A DNA stretch of 64,000 bases, taken from positions 1,075 through 65,074 of the forward strand of contig CAISTG010000007.1 of NCBI GenBank assembly GCA_903888345.1, read 5' to 3'. Source of the stretch: Candidatus Buchananbacteria bacterium. Its GTDB lineage: Bacteria > Patescibacteriota > Patescibacteriia > 2-01-FULL-39-33. Below the pieces are notes generated by a model. That model was not told the DNA's origin and searched no databases. It worked only from the letters and a program-made list of their open reading frames with translations. Made by a program: the position numbers and the translations under genes. Positions 28,653 to 38,290 of this stretch are shown here, piece by piece; the first letter of the stretch is position 1; each line of letters starts with the position of its first letter.

Positions 28653-30701
28653 ATGGAGACGCAAATTAAGCAAATTCGCAAACGAAACGGTGAAATTTCT
28701 GATTTTGACCAAAAAAAGATTACCGCAGCTATTTATAAATCATTAGCGGCAGTAGGTCGTGATGATGAGGCTTTAGCTAGTAAGCTTTCGGATCAGGTTG
28801 TTCATATTATGAACAGCAAGTTTCATCCTCGATCAATCCCGGCCATTGAAGAAGTTCAGGATACCGTAGAAGAGGTTTTAATTAAAGAAGATTTAGTCAA
28901 AGCGGCTAAGTCCTATATTATTTATCGCGAACAACATGCTCGTTTGCGTGAACTCAAGCAATTATTGGATTCTAATGATATTATTGAAGGCTATTTAAAG
29001 AAAATGGATTGGCGCGTCAAAGAAAATGCTAACATGGCCTATTCTTTACAGGGCTTAAATAACCACGTGGCTTCCGCTGTTTCCTCTCACTACTGGTTAA
29101 ATAAGATTTATCCGCCGGAAATTAGAAACGCTCATAATGATGGCACTGTCCACTTGCATGATTTACAGATTTTGGCAGTTTACTGTTGTGGTTGGGATTT
29201 ACAGACTTTATTGCGCGTCGGTTTTAGTGGCGTGGAGGGAAAAGTTCAGTCCAAGCCACCAAAGCGCTTTCGTTCGGCCTTGGGTCAAGTAGTTAATTTT
29301 TTCTATACCTTGCAGGGTGAGGCCGCTGGCGCTCAAGCCTTTGCTGACTTTGATACTTTGCTCGCTCCTTTTATCCGATATGAAGCACTCGATTATAAAC
29401 AGGTGAAGCAAGCGATCCAGGAATTCGTCTTCAATATGAATGTGCCGACTCGAGTAGGGTTCCAAACTCCTTTTACTAACTTAACTTTTGACCTAGCCTG
29501 CCCGAAGACTCTGGCCAATGAGCCAGTAGTTATTGGTGGTGTGCCGCAGCGTGAAACTTACAAGGATTTTCAGCGAGAGATGGATATGATCAATCGCGCC
29601 TTTGCTGAGGTGATGATGGAGGGTGATGCCAAGGGACGTGTATTTACTTTTCCAATTCCGACCTATAATATTTCCGAAGATTTCAATTGGGATAATGAGG
29701 TGTTAGATCCAATTTGGGAAATGACCGCCAAGTATGGTATTCCATATTTTGCCAACTTTGTTAATTCCGACATGAAAGCGGAAGACGCTCGTTCCATGTG
29801 TTGTCGCTTACGTTTAGATAATCGTGAATTGCGCAAGCGTGGTGGTGGAATGTTTGCCGCCAACCCTTTAACTGGTTCAATTGGTGTCGTTACGATCAAT
29901 TTGCCGCGCATTGGTTATTTATCTAAAGGTAATAAGCAGGCTTTCTTTTCGAGATTATCTCAGACTATGGATTTGTCTCGTGTTTCTTTGAAATTAAAGC
30001 GCAATGTTTTAGAAAATTTCACTGAAATGGGGCTCTATCCTTATTCTCGTTTTTATTTGGGTGACATTAAAGAGCGCTTTGGACAGTATTGGCGTAATCA
30101 TTTCAATACTATTGGGTTAAATGGCATGAATGAGGCGATGGTCAATTTCTTGGGCAAGCCCTTGTCTTCGAAAGAGGGCGGCGAATTTGCGACCGAAGTG
30201 ATGGATTTCATGTTACAACGTTTGGGCCAGTATCAAGAAGAAGATGACCAGTTATATAACTTAGAGGCTACGCCAGCTGAGGGCGCCACTTATCGTTTCG
30301 CCAAACGCGACAAAGAATTGTACCCAGACATTGTTGTCGCCAATGAAGAAAACTTCCAGAGCAAGGGTGCCGCTCCCTATTATACTAACTCCACTCATTT
30401 CCCCGTTAATTATTCCACCGATATTTTTGATGTTTTAGAAAAGCAAGATGGTTTGCAAATTAAGTATACTGGCGGAACAGTCGTGCATATTTTCTTGGGT
30501 GAGAAATTACCAGATATTAAGAGCACAAAAGCCTTAGTCAAAAAAGTTGCCGAATCCTTCAAGCTACCTTATTACACCTTAACCCCAACTTTCTCGATTT
30601 GTCCGAAACACGGCTACTTGCCAGGTGAGCATCGCTTCTGCCCGATGTGCGACAACGAAGTCGGTTACATCCGGGAGCAGAAAGAAAAATTACCCCTTTA
30701 A
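28653..30701 (+). CDS. nrdD: Anaerobic (class III) ribonucleoside-triphosphate reductase: ATP-cone, catalytic core and Zn site, lacking the glycyl-radical motif
   Basis: IRKRNG..FD..KI ATP cone; HLHDL..YCCG; SMCCRL; EATPAEG; CPKHG...CPMC. ATG at 28653 preferred to TTG at 28644. Confidence 0.93.
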   Translation: METQIKQIRKRNGEISDFDQKKITAAIYKSLAAVGRDDEALASKLSDQVVHIMNSKFHPRSIPAIEEVQDTVEEVLIKEDLVKAAKSYIIYREQHARLRELKQLLDSNDIIEGYLKKMDWRVKENANMAYSLQGLNNHVASAVSSHYWLNKIYPPEIRNAHNDGTVHLHDLQILAVYCCGWDLQTLLRVGFSGVEGKVQSKPPKRFRSALGQVVNFFYTLQGEAAGAQAFADFDTLLAPFIRYEALDYKQVKQAIQEFVFNMNVPTRVGFQTPFTNLTFDLACPKTLANEPVVIGGVPQRETYKDFQREMDMINRAFAEVMMEGDAKGRVFTFPIPTYNISEDFNWDNEVLDPIWEMTAKYGIPYFANFVNSDMKAEDARSMCCRLRLDNRELRKRGGGMFAANPLTGSIGVVTINLPRIGYLSKGNKQAFFSRLSQTMDLSRVSLKLKRNVLENFTEMGLYPYSRFYLGDIKERFGQYWRNHFNTIGLNGMNEAMVNFLGKPLSSKEGGEFATEVMDFMLQRLGQYQEEDDQLYNLEATPAEGATYRFAKRDKELYPDIVVANEENFQSKGAAPYYTNSTHFPVNYSTDIFDVLEKQDGLQIKYTGGTVVHIFLGEKLPDIKSTKALVKKVAESFKLPYYTLTPTFSICPKHGYLPGEHRFCPMCDNEVGYIREQKEKLPL

Positions 30702-30719
30702 TTAATAACATAAAAACCT

Positions 30720-30890
30720 ATGGAAGGTGACAACAAAGAGCAGTTACGACAACCCTGCGAAGTGTATTCTCGCATCGTTGGCTACATTCGACCAGTCGAC
30801 CAATGGAACCCGGGCAAGCAAGCGGAATTTTCCGACCGGAGTACCTTTGAATCAGGCTGTTCGTGTACTGGTGAGGAATTCACAGTCTAA
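30720..30890 (+). CDS. Stand-alone NrdD glycyl-radical domain (56 aa), missed by the ORF track
   Basis: MEGDNKEQLRQPCEVYSRIVGYIRPVDQWNPGKQAEFSDRSTFESGCSCTGEEFTV. Contains the class III RNR motif YSRIVGY and WNxGKxxEFxDR. Confidence 0.9.
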   Translation: MEGDNKEQLRQPCEVYSRIVGYIRPVDQWNPGKQAEFSDRSTFESGCSCTGEEFTV

Positions 30891-30936
30891 CTTGACTTGG
30901 TTAGGAGGTTTGTTGTAATAAAAAGAACTACAGTTT

Positions 30937-31626
30937 ATGCTTATTGGCGGCTTACAGCCCGTAACCCTTTTAGATTATCCGCAAAAAGTGGCAGCAATCA
31001 TATTCACCGCAGGGTGCAATATGCGCTGTCCTTTTTGTTATAATTTCAAATTGGTTTTGCCGGAATTGATTAATCGTGATAATCTATATGAAGAAGACAA
31101 GGTCATTGATTTCTTAAAAAGGCGTAAGAAATACCTTGACGGCTTAGTAATTACCGGTGGTGAACCGACACTGCAGCCAGACCTACCTGAGTTTTTGCGG
31201 AAGATGAAAAAAATTGGCTATTCGATTAAGCTCGACACTAATGGTCTCTGGCCGGAAGTGGTGGCGGCCTTGATCGAAGAGGGTTTGGTAGATTATATTG
31301 CCATGGACATCAAGGGCCCGAAAGATAGTTACGAAAAATTTGCCGGTGTTAAAGCGGGTCGGATTGAAGAAACTATTAGTTTAATAATGAATTCCGCTTT
31401 ACCTTATGAATTTCGTAGTACGCTCGTCAAGGGCTTGCATATGGCGGAGGACATTACGTTAATGGCAGAGTTGATTAAGGGTTCCGATTTGTATTATTTA
31501 CAAAATTATGGCACCAGTGATCCACTCGCTGGTCCAAATTTTAAGGGGCGCTCCTTTACGATCAAAGAATTGACTGAGTTTCAGTCGTTAATTGGTAATC
31601 AAGTTAAAAGTTGCTCAATTAGATAA
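30937..31626 (+). CDS. nrdG: Anaerobic ribonucleotide reductase activating enzyme (radical SAM)
   Basis: GCNMRCPFCYN (CxxxCxxC), ITGGEPTL, KLDTNG; adjacent to nrdD. Confidence 0.92.
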   Translation: MLIGGLQPVTLLDYPQKVAAIIFTAGCNMRCPFCYNFKLVLPELINRDNLYEEDKVIDFLKRRKKYLDGLVITGGEPTLQPDLPEFLRKMKKIGYSIKLDTNGLWPEVVAALIEEGLVDYIAMDIKGPKDSYEKFAGVKAGRIEETISLIMNSALPYEFRSTLVKGLHMAEDITLMAELIKGSDLYYLQNYGTSDPLAGPNFKGRSFTIKELTEFQSLIGNQVKSCSIR

Positions 31627-31640
31627 AGTGACGCCACTGT

Positions 31641-31780
31641 GTCATTCTGGACTCTCTTTATGTCGTGGATGGTTCACTGTATGTCATTCCGGGCTTGATC
31701 CGGAATTTGCGCCCTTACTAATGACACGCAACGAGATTCCGGCTCAAGGCCGGAATGACAAGGGGAGGGGCCGGGAATAA
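31641..31780. repeat. GTCATTCC palindromic repeat element (77-bp core at 31683-31759 plus partial flanking copies)
   Basis: gtcattccgggcttgatccggaat...gagattccggctcaaggccggaatgac; closely similar to the copy at 45425. Confidence 0.85.
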
Positions 31781-31826
31781 GGCCGCCAATATAGTTATTA
31801 TACTAATTCTCAATTAATCCAAAAAT

Positions 31827-32072
31827 ATGCCCAACAATGAATTAGAAGAACTGAAAAGTCTGGTTGTTGAAAATAACGTCGCGCTTAAATTATTAACCGA
31901 AGATATGCAGGGCGTTAAGAGATATATGAAGATTCGGATGTGGGTCAGTATTTCTTGGGTGGTTTTATTTATTTTATCAACCTTACTAGCGGCGATTTCG
32001 TTACCGGGCATTATTAAGGGTTACACTGGTAATTTTCCCGCAATCATGGATACAGTAAAACTTCTGTATTAA
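31827..32072 (+). CDS. Small single-pass membrane protein (hypothetical)
   Basis: 81 aa; short coiled-coil (LEELKSLVVENN) followed by one TM helix; immediately upstream of prfB. Confidence 0.7.
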   Translation: MPNNELEELKSLVVENNVALKLLTEDMQGVKRYMKIRMWVSISWVVLFILSTLLAAISLPGIIKGYTGNFPAIMDTVKLLY

Positions 32073-32083
32073 TTTTAATTATT

Positions 32084-33188
32084 ATGAACGAGCTCAGCGA
32101 GCAAATAAAGGTTTTGGCAGAAAAAATTTCTGCTACTTGGAGGTTACTTTGACCTTGATCAAACCAAAAAAGAATTAGCTGAATTAGAAACGGAGTTACA
32201 AGCTCCGGATTTTTGGGCTGATCAAGATCGGGCCAAAGAACTTTCTCAGCGCTATCAGAATTTAAAATCTGAATTGGGGGTATGGGATCAATTGACTAAT
32301 GATGTTAAGGACTTGGAGGAGTTAGCGGAATTATTTTCCGCCAATCATGACGAAGATGGTCAACAGCAGGAACTCAAAGAAAAATTAACCAAACTATCAG
32401 AACAATTTAAAAAATTAGAATTTAATGTGTTATTCGCCGGTCCGCATGATGCTAGTAATGCGATTTTGTCGTTACATGCTGGTACTGGTGGTGTTGACGC
32501 CATGGACTGGGCAAGCATGTTGCTAAGAATGTATTTGCGTTTTTGTGAACGGCATGGCTTTACCGCGAAAATCATTGACGAAACTCCAGGCGCGGAAGCG
32601 GGGATTAAAAGTGTTACGCTCGAGATCACTGGTCGCTTTGCTTATGGTTGGTTAAAGTCCGAAGCGGGAGTGCATCGTTTAGTACGAATTTCGCCATTTG
32701 ATGCGGAAAAAATGCGCCATACTTCTTTTGCTTTAGCCGAAGTCTTGCCGGAAATTATTGAAACTGATGATAATTCGATTATTAAAGAAGAGGATTTAAA
32801 GATCGACGTTTTTCGCTCTGGTGGCAGTGGCGGTCAATCAGTTAATACGACTGATTCGGCGGTGCGCATTACTCATTTGCCGACGGGGATCATGGTAAAA
32901 TGTCAAAATGAACGATCACAACTACAAAATCGTAATTTAGCGCTCAAAGTTTTAAAGGCGAAGTTGGCGGTATATTATGAAGAACGCGCCAGTAAGAATT
33001 TGGAAGAGATTAAGGGAGAGCATCGTCGCGCTGAGTGGGGCAATCAGGCCCGATCTTATGTCTTAGCGCCCTATCGCCTCGTTAAGGATCATCGCACTGA
33101 ATATGAGACGGCGGATACTGATCGCGTTCTTGATGGCGAGATTGATGATTTTGTCGAAAAATTTCTACGTTTTAAAATAGAAAAATAA
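32084..33188 (+). CDS. prfB: Peptide chain release factor 2, expressed via programmed +1 frameshift (about 367 aa)
   Basis: ORF0 ATG at 32084 (MNELSEQIKVLAEKISATWRLL) ends at CTT TGA C. The +1 frame continues into the track ORF with SPF and GGQ motifs. Confidence 0.95.
32139..32153 (+). promoter_or_regulatory. prfB +1 ribosomal frameshift site
   Basis: GGAGG-TTA-CTT-TGA-C: internal SD 3 nt before the canonical CTT TGA C slippery site. Confidence 0.93.
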
Positions 33189-33192
33189 TTTC

Positions 33193-34650
33193 ATGCTGGA
33201 GGGCAGCCAAATTTTCTTTTGGGCTTTAATATTTTATGTTGCCGGGATTATTCTCGGCAATTTTTTTGCGTCTTGGCCGTTAGCATTTTTTATTTTATTA
33301 TTAGTCAGTATTATTTTGGCGGTGGCTAGCAATAGTTATTTGCGAATTTTATTTATATTTTTAGCTTGTCTGTTTTTCGGCTTGTGGCGATTTCAGATGG
33401 CCTTACCTGATTATGCTGACCAAACTAAGATTTATCATTATAATTCCAGCACGGTGGAATTTAGTGGGCAGGTGACAGAAGCAGCGAGTAGTTTGGGGTG
33501 GCAAAACTTAACGGTGGCCGCCCAGACCTTGTCCGCTACGAAAGGCAGGCCAACGGTTAGTGGTAAAGTAAAAATTAGCGCGCCACTGTATCCAGAATAT
33601 CGCCCGGGAGATGTTTTAAAAATCAGTTGTCGTCTTGAAGATTATCGCCAAACCGAAAATACTGGCTATGCCAATTATTTATTTAAAGAAAACACTTTTT
33701 CCACTTGCGGTTTTGCGCAGCTGCGTTATTTAAGTAGCCATTATTCGGTAGCGCGATTTCTATTTCAATTGCGTGGCTATGCTAAGGAACGCATTAATCT
33801 AACTCTCAAAGAACCAGCGGCGGCGATTATAAATGGCATGTTGCTCAACGACACCAAAAATATTCCGCCCAATCTTAATCAATTATTTTCACGCTTGGGG
33901 CTGACCCATATTATCGCTATTTCCGGATCACATTTAGTGATTATTATCTATCTGTTACTTGAGTTACTAATATTTTTTGGCCTTAACCGTTTACAAGCTT
34001 TTTGGCCGGCGGTGGGTTTTATTGTTTTTTATGTGGCACTCGTGGGGGCACCAGCCTCCGCCGTTAGATCTGCCGTGATGGCGATTTTGATGATGTATGC
34101 ACAAAAAATTGGGCGGTTGAGTGATAATAAAAATTTATTAGTCTTAGCGGCTGCGACCATGTCACTGTTTAATCCCAAAGTTTTATTATTTGATGTTGGT
34201 TTTCAGTTATCATTTTTGGCGGTGGTGGGTTTGAGTTATTTTTCGGGAACCTTAAAGCAATGGTTGAAGTTTATTCCAGAAAAATTTGATTTACGAGAAA
34301 TCATCGCCGCAACTGCTAGTGCTCAGTTATTAACTTATCCACTGATTATCTACTATTTCGGTGGCTTCTCTCCTTATTCACTTTTGGCTAATGTGCTGAT
34401 TTTACCAATCGTACCCTTACTAATGGGAATCGCCATTCTAAATTTAGGCGTCGCTTTAGTCTGGATTTTTGGTGGTCAAATTATCGGAATATTAACAATG
34501 TTAATGGTCGCATACTGGTTAAAGGTGTCAGAATTATTGGTTGGTTTACCGGGGAGTTATTGGCAGGTAACTTTGCCTTGGTGGGTGTTGTTATCTATTT
34601 ATGGCTTAATTGGTTGTGGCTATTATTTTTTGCATCGAAAACGCACTTAG
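33193..34650 (+). CDS. comEC: ComEC/Rec2 competence protein, membrane part (OB plus Competence domain)
   Basis: GLTHIIAISGSH, SAVRSAVM, DVGFQLSF motifs; many TM helices. Confidence 0.92.
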   Translation: MLEGSQIFFWALIFYVAGIILGNFFASWPLAFFILLLVSIILAVASNSYLRILFIFLACLFFGLWRFQMALPDYADQTKIYHYNSSTVEFSGQVTEAASSLGWQNLTVAAQTLSATKGRPTVSGKVKISAPLYPEYRPGDVLKISCRLEDYRQTENTGYANYLFKENTFSTCGFAQLRYLSSHYSVARFLFQLRGYAKERINLTLKEPAAAIINGMLLNDTKNIPPNLNQLFSRLGLTHIIAISGSHLVIIIYLLLELLIFFGLNRLQAFWPAVGFIVFYVALVGAPASAVRSAVMAILMMYAQKIGRLSDNKNLLVLAAATMSLFNPKVLLFDVGFQLSFLAVVGLSYFSGTLKQWLKFIPEKFDLREIIAATASAQLLTYPLIIYYFGGFSPYSLLANVLILPIVPLLMGIAILNLGVALVWIFGGQIIGILTMLMVAYWLKVSELLVGLPGSYWQVTLPWWVLLSIYGLIGCGYYFLHRKRT

Positions 34651-34705
34651 GTTTTGGCATTTTTTATTGTCTGGTGTTATAATATAGGTAACTAAATATT
34701 TTTTT

Positions 34706-35770
34706 ATGAAAAAAATACTATTCTTATTGTTTGCTTTGGCATTAGTTTTAACGGTAAGTAATAAACCGGTTCAGGCCGCCTACACCCCAATGGCCGGGGA
34801 CTTAATTAAAACGACCAAATCGCCGGCGGTTTATATTGTTGATGATAATTTGAAGCGTCATTTATTTCCGAATAGTATCACCTTTTGGACTTGGTATTCG
34901 GGAACCTGGGCGGATCAAAATATTAAAGTGATCACTCAAGATGAATTTGATAATCTTGATCCCGGAAAAAATGTTATTGCTCGTCCGGGCGCTAATCTGA
35001 TCATGTTTGATAATAGCAGTAAGTCTTATGCCGAAACGCCTGGTGGAATTTTGTGTGAAACGCGCGCACTTTATGGCGACAATTGGCAAAGTCGAGTTAT
35101 TTCGATTCAATCATCATTTGAAACTGATTATATTAAGGATAATTCTTGTATCATCGGTTCTACCAGCAAGTTTCCCGATGGTACCTTGATTCAATATGTT
35201 AAATCAGCCGATATTTATTTGATTGATGGTGGCAAAAAACGCAAAATCAGCGCCGAAGGTTTTAAGGCGAATGGTTTTAAGACTAATTCGATCATGACTA
35301 ATGTTCCAGTCGCGATGTCCTATACTGCTGGTACGGCGATTAATGTCTTTGACTACAATTTAGGAATTCTATACTCCTTAGCCGACACGCGGGGCGGAGA
35401 AATCGCAGGGCGTCCTGACTTGATTATTTCTGATATTGTTTTTCCGGTGGCCAAAACGGTTGTGAATCAGAGTGTTGCGATCAAATTAATTGTCAAAAAT
35501 ATTGGTGGTAATCTGACCTCGGAGAGCGGAGTACGCAACATTGTTTTTACGGCTGCCGATTGGAGTACGATTAGCGTCTCACATCCTGATTACCCTAGTG
35601 CGACCAATCCCTTACGTACTGGCCAGACTTTTGAGATAACTTATACCGGTAAGTTTATTGCCGCCGGAACCAAGAGTTTTACTGCGAAAGTTGATGAGCC
35701 GAGTGAAGTTATCGAAATAAATGAAAAAAATAACGCTTACTCCGAAGCACTTGTCGTCGCAGCTAACTAA
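34706..35770 (+). CDS. Secreted protein with repeated GxLIK-type modules and C-terminal CARDB-like Ig domain
   Basis: Signal peptide (VQA); GDLIK..PAVY..KRHLFPN and DGTLIQ..IYLIDGGKKR repeats; PDLIIS...VKNIG...VDEPSEVIEINEKNN. Confidence 0.75.
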   Translation: MKKILFLLFALALVLTVSNKPVQAAYTPMAGDLIKTTKSPAVYIVDDNLKRHLFPNSITFWTWYSGTWADQNIKVITQDEFDNLDPGKNVIARPGANLIMFDNSSKSYAETPGGILCETRALYGDNWQSRVISIQSSFETDYIKDNSCIIGSTSKFPDGTLIQYVKSADIYLIDGGKKRKISAEGFKANGFKTNSIMTNVPVAMSYTAGTAINVFDYNLGILYSLADTRGGEIAGRPDLIISDIVFPVAKTVVNQSVAIKLIVKNIGGNLTSESGVRNIVFTAADWSTISVSHPDYPSATNPLRTGQTFEITYTGKFIAAGTKSFTAKVDEPSEVIEINEKNNAYSEALVVAAN

Positions 35771-35780
35771 AACCTAATTT

Positions 35781-35810
35781 GAGGCGGGCGATTAATTCGC
35801 CCGCTTTTCT
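35781..35810 (+). terminator. Probable intrinsic terminator
   Basis: gcgggcga-ttaat-tcgcccgc followed by ttttct. Confidence 0.65.
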
Positions 35811-35813
35811 AAT

Positions 35814-36701
35814 ATGACAAAAAAGAATTTAAAATATATTATTGCCGTACTGGCTTTACTAGTCAGCTTTGGGATATATTATTTACAAACTCCGAACACT
35901 GGAAAAGTGTTAGGGCAGTTTATCAATGCTTCTTCGACTGATTTGCGGTTAATGTTTTTTGATGTTGGGCAAGGAGATAGCAGTTTGATTATTACGCCAA
36001 ACGAGCAGAAAATTTTAGTTGATGGCGGACCGGATCGCTCACTAATTGGTAAACTCGATGGAGTCTTGCCTCTCGCGGATCGTCGGATCGATTATATAAT
36101 TTTAAGTCATCCTCATGCTGATCATCTGACCGCTCTGCCGGAGGTGCTGCGCCGCTACCAAGTCGGTGCAGTGATTATGACTGGTGCGGCGCATACGGCG
36201 CCCGATTATTTGGATTTTTTACGATTGATTAAAGAAAAAAATATTCCCACCAAAATTATCGAGCAACCACAGGAGTTAGTGATCGATGGAATTAAATTAG
36301 AATTTTTAGAACCGACTAAATCTTTTTTTTCGGCACGACCGGAAAACTTAAATGATAGCTCGATTGTTTTTAAATTAGTTTATGCTTCGACCTCGGCATT
36401 GTATCTGGGTGATTTTGAGAATGAAGAATCGTTAGTCATTAGTTCGACTGTACCTCTGAAGTCTGACTTAATTAAAATTGGCCATCACGGATCGACTAAT
36501 GCCAATGATCAAAGTTTTCTGGCGGCCGTTAGTCCGACCTATGCCGTTATTTCGGTTGGCAAGAATAATAGTTATGGCCATCCGCATTATCGGACACTCT
36601 ACTATCTAAAGCAATTAGGCGCACAGATCTTGCGGACTGATGAACGGGGCGATATATTTTTTACTAGTAATGGCCAGACTCTGCAATCCTTGACAAAATA
36701 A
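35814..36701 (+). CDS. ComEC-type metallo-beta-lactamase-fold protein (detached ComEC C-terminal domain)
   Basis: FFDVGQGDS, LVDGG, SHPHADH, NDSSIV, KIGHHGS, ISVGKNNSYGHPH, RTDERG. Confidence 0.92.
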   Translation: MTKKNLKYIIAVLALLVSFGIYYLQTPNTGKVLGQFINASSTDLRLMFFDVGQGDSSLIITPNEQKILVDGGPDRSLIGKLDGVLPLADRRIDYIILSHPHADHLTALPEVLRRYQVGAVIMTGAAHTAPDYLDFLRLIKEKNIPTKIIEQPQELVIDGIKLEFLEPTKSFFSARPENLNDSSIVFKLVYASTSALYLGDFENEESLVISSTVPLKSDLIKIGHHGSTNANDQSFLAAVSPTYAVISVGKNNSYGHPHYRTLYYLKQLGAQILRTDERGDIFFTSNGQTLQSLTK

Positions 36702-36718
36702 CACAAATTAAGTAGTAT
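36690..36718 (+). promoter_or_regulatory. Sigma70 promoter for the pilM-like gene
   Basis: TTGACA-N17-TAGTAT. SD-like AGGAG precedes ATG at 36780. Confidence 0.7.
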
Positions 36719-36779
36719 CAGATTGAGTTCGTTGAACTTTACAACTAGTTTAAATGTCTTAAACAACAGGAGCCAGACG

Positions 36780-38171
36780 ATGAAAAGACGTAAAACGCAG
36801 GGATTTGTTGGCGAAAATAAGCTGAAAGACTCTATTGTTTCTTTGCTCGCCGCGGCCAAGGTTAAGGTTCAGGAATTTAATGCTGAAGTCATTACACCCG
36901 CCGTGGACCGTGGTCGCGATTTGACCAAACAGGCCAAACAGAATTTGCAAGCGTTAGCGGAACATCCGCGCGTCATTAAAGCCAAAGAGGTAACTTCGGC
37001 TTCAGCGGAAAAAATGCTGGCCGTGGCCAAGAGTTATTTTCCGAGTTCAGCCAAAGAATTCTGGGCGGTTGATATTGCGCCGGATGGCATTCGCTTGGCC
37101 CGCCTTTCATTGAATGATGAGCAGGACGACGAGGATGATGATGGGCCGCAATATTGTTTGCGTGACTATTATCGGGCCAGTTTTGATGTTGATTTATCAA
37201 AACGTAATTCGGCTGATAGTGACCGAGTCAAACTCGAAGTTTTGCGGAGCTTGCTCGAGCGCGCCGGTGTTAAGAACAAGGATGTTGTGCTTTCCATAAA
37301 TGGTGAGCATGTCTTTACCAGGGTTCGGACTTTGCTCCCCGTGCCTCGCTCCAAGGTGGCGCAGTCAGTTAAATACCAGATTCAGCAACAGATTCCTTTT
37401 GGTCTTGATGATCTCTATATTGATTATGAGGTTATGAAGGTTAATACTGATGGTTCTTATCAGGTACTGATGGCAGCCATCAAGCAAAGTGTGGTTGATA
37501 GGTTTATTGAAATCTTGACGGCAGCGGAGTGTCGTGTGCATGGCGTGACAATCGCGGGCATCGCCGCCTATAATTGGTTAAAATGGCTGGGTGCTATTAA
37601 TAGTACTACTACGCCAACTGCCTTGGTTTTGGTTCGTGCTGGGGTTGGTGAAATCTTTTTGGAAATAGTTTGCGAAGTAGACAATCAGTTCCATTTCACT
37701 AGGCCTTTGAAGATCACTAGTTCGGACAAGTTACAGGCGGCTCGAGTCAAACTCGAGCAGGAGAATAAAAAGCTCAGTGAGGCGGGTCAGGAAGTGAAAA
37801 AAATTCCTGAACTCACCGAAATGATCGCGACCGAAGTTGTGTCGAAAGTTAGTCAGTCCTTTTCATACTTCCGCTCGATACCTGGCGGCAAAGCAATTAA
37901 GCAGGTAATGGTGTTTGGTGCCGAAGCCATCTCCGAACGAATGGGTGGCGTCTATCTGGAGGATTTGTTGACCGATCAGCTTGGTCTGCAGGTGGTTTAT
38001 CCCAATATTTTGCGCGAGCTGACGATTAAGGATGGCGATATTTTGGATCCGGATCAGATGGCCGTGGTGCTGGGACTAGCATTGAGCTGTCAGCAGAATG
38101 CGGCGATTGAAATCAACTTGTTGCCCAAGACGAAATTACAGCAGGCCGTTAGCGCGGTTACTGGTAAATAA
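36780..38171 (+). CDS. pilM: Type IV pilus assembly PilM-like actin-fold protein, divergent, with N-terminal extension
   Basis: WAVDI...VVLSING..VFTR...QQQIPF.LDD..IDY...VLMAA.K...SFSYFRS...LGLAL...INLLP. Start placed at ATG 36780 on SD and promoter evidence; the track uses TTG 36723. Confidence 0.75.
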   Translation: MKRRKTQGFVGENKLKDSIVSLLAAAKVKVQEFNAEVITPAVDRGRDLTKQAKQNLQALAEHPRVIKAKEVTSASAEKMLAVAKSYFPSSAKEFWAVDIAPDGIRLARLSLNDEQDDEDDDGPQYCLRDYYRASFDVDLSKRNSADSDRVKLEVLRSLLERAGVKNKDVVLSINGEHVFTRVRTLLPVPRSKVAQSVKYQIQQQIPFGLDDLYIDYEVMKVNTDGSYQVLMAAIKQSVVDRFIEILTAAECRVHGVTIAGIAAYNWLKWLGAINSTTTPTALVLVRAGVGEIFLEIVCEVDNQFHFTRPLKITSSDKLQAARVKLEQENKKLSEAGQEVKKIPELTEMIATEVVSKVSQSFSYFRSIPGGKAIKQVMVFGAEAISERMGGVYLEDLLTDQLGLQVVYPNILRELTIKDGDILDPDQMAVVLGLALSCQQNAAIEINLLPKTKLQQAVSAVTGK

Positions 38172-38189
38172 CAATAATTGTTCGTTAGT

Positions 38190-38230
38190 CGCCCCGTCTC
38201 AGTTTAATAAACTGGCACGGGGCTTTTTTT
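38190..38230 (+). terminator. Intrinsic terminator after the pilM-like gene
   Basis: gccccgt-c-tcagttt...aaactg-gc-acggggc followed by T7. Confidence 0.75.
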
Positions 38231-38290
38231 GACTAAAGCCCAAGTATTTGTTATGCTATAAGCATAAATTTACTAGATTAATAAAAATAT

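Noticed and set aside
30727-30918. Track ORF of 63 aa
   Set aside because: Wrong frame. The overlapping 30720-30890 ORF carries the RNR glycyl-radical motif.
31592-31780. Track ORFs 31592-31780, 44936-45247, 44953-45153 and 45397-45600
   Set aside because: They are translations of the palindromic repeat (CHSGLDPE / IPAQGRND), not credible genes.
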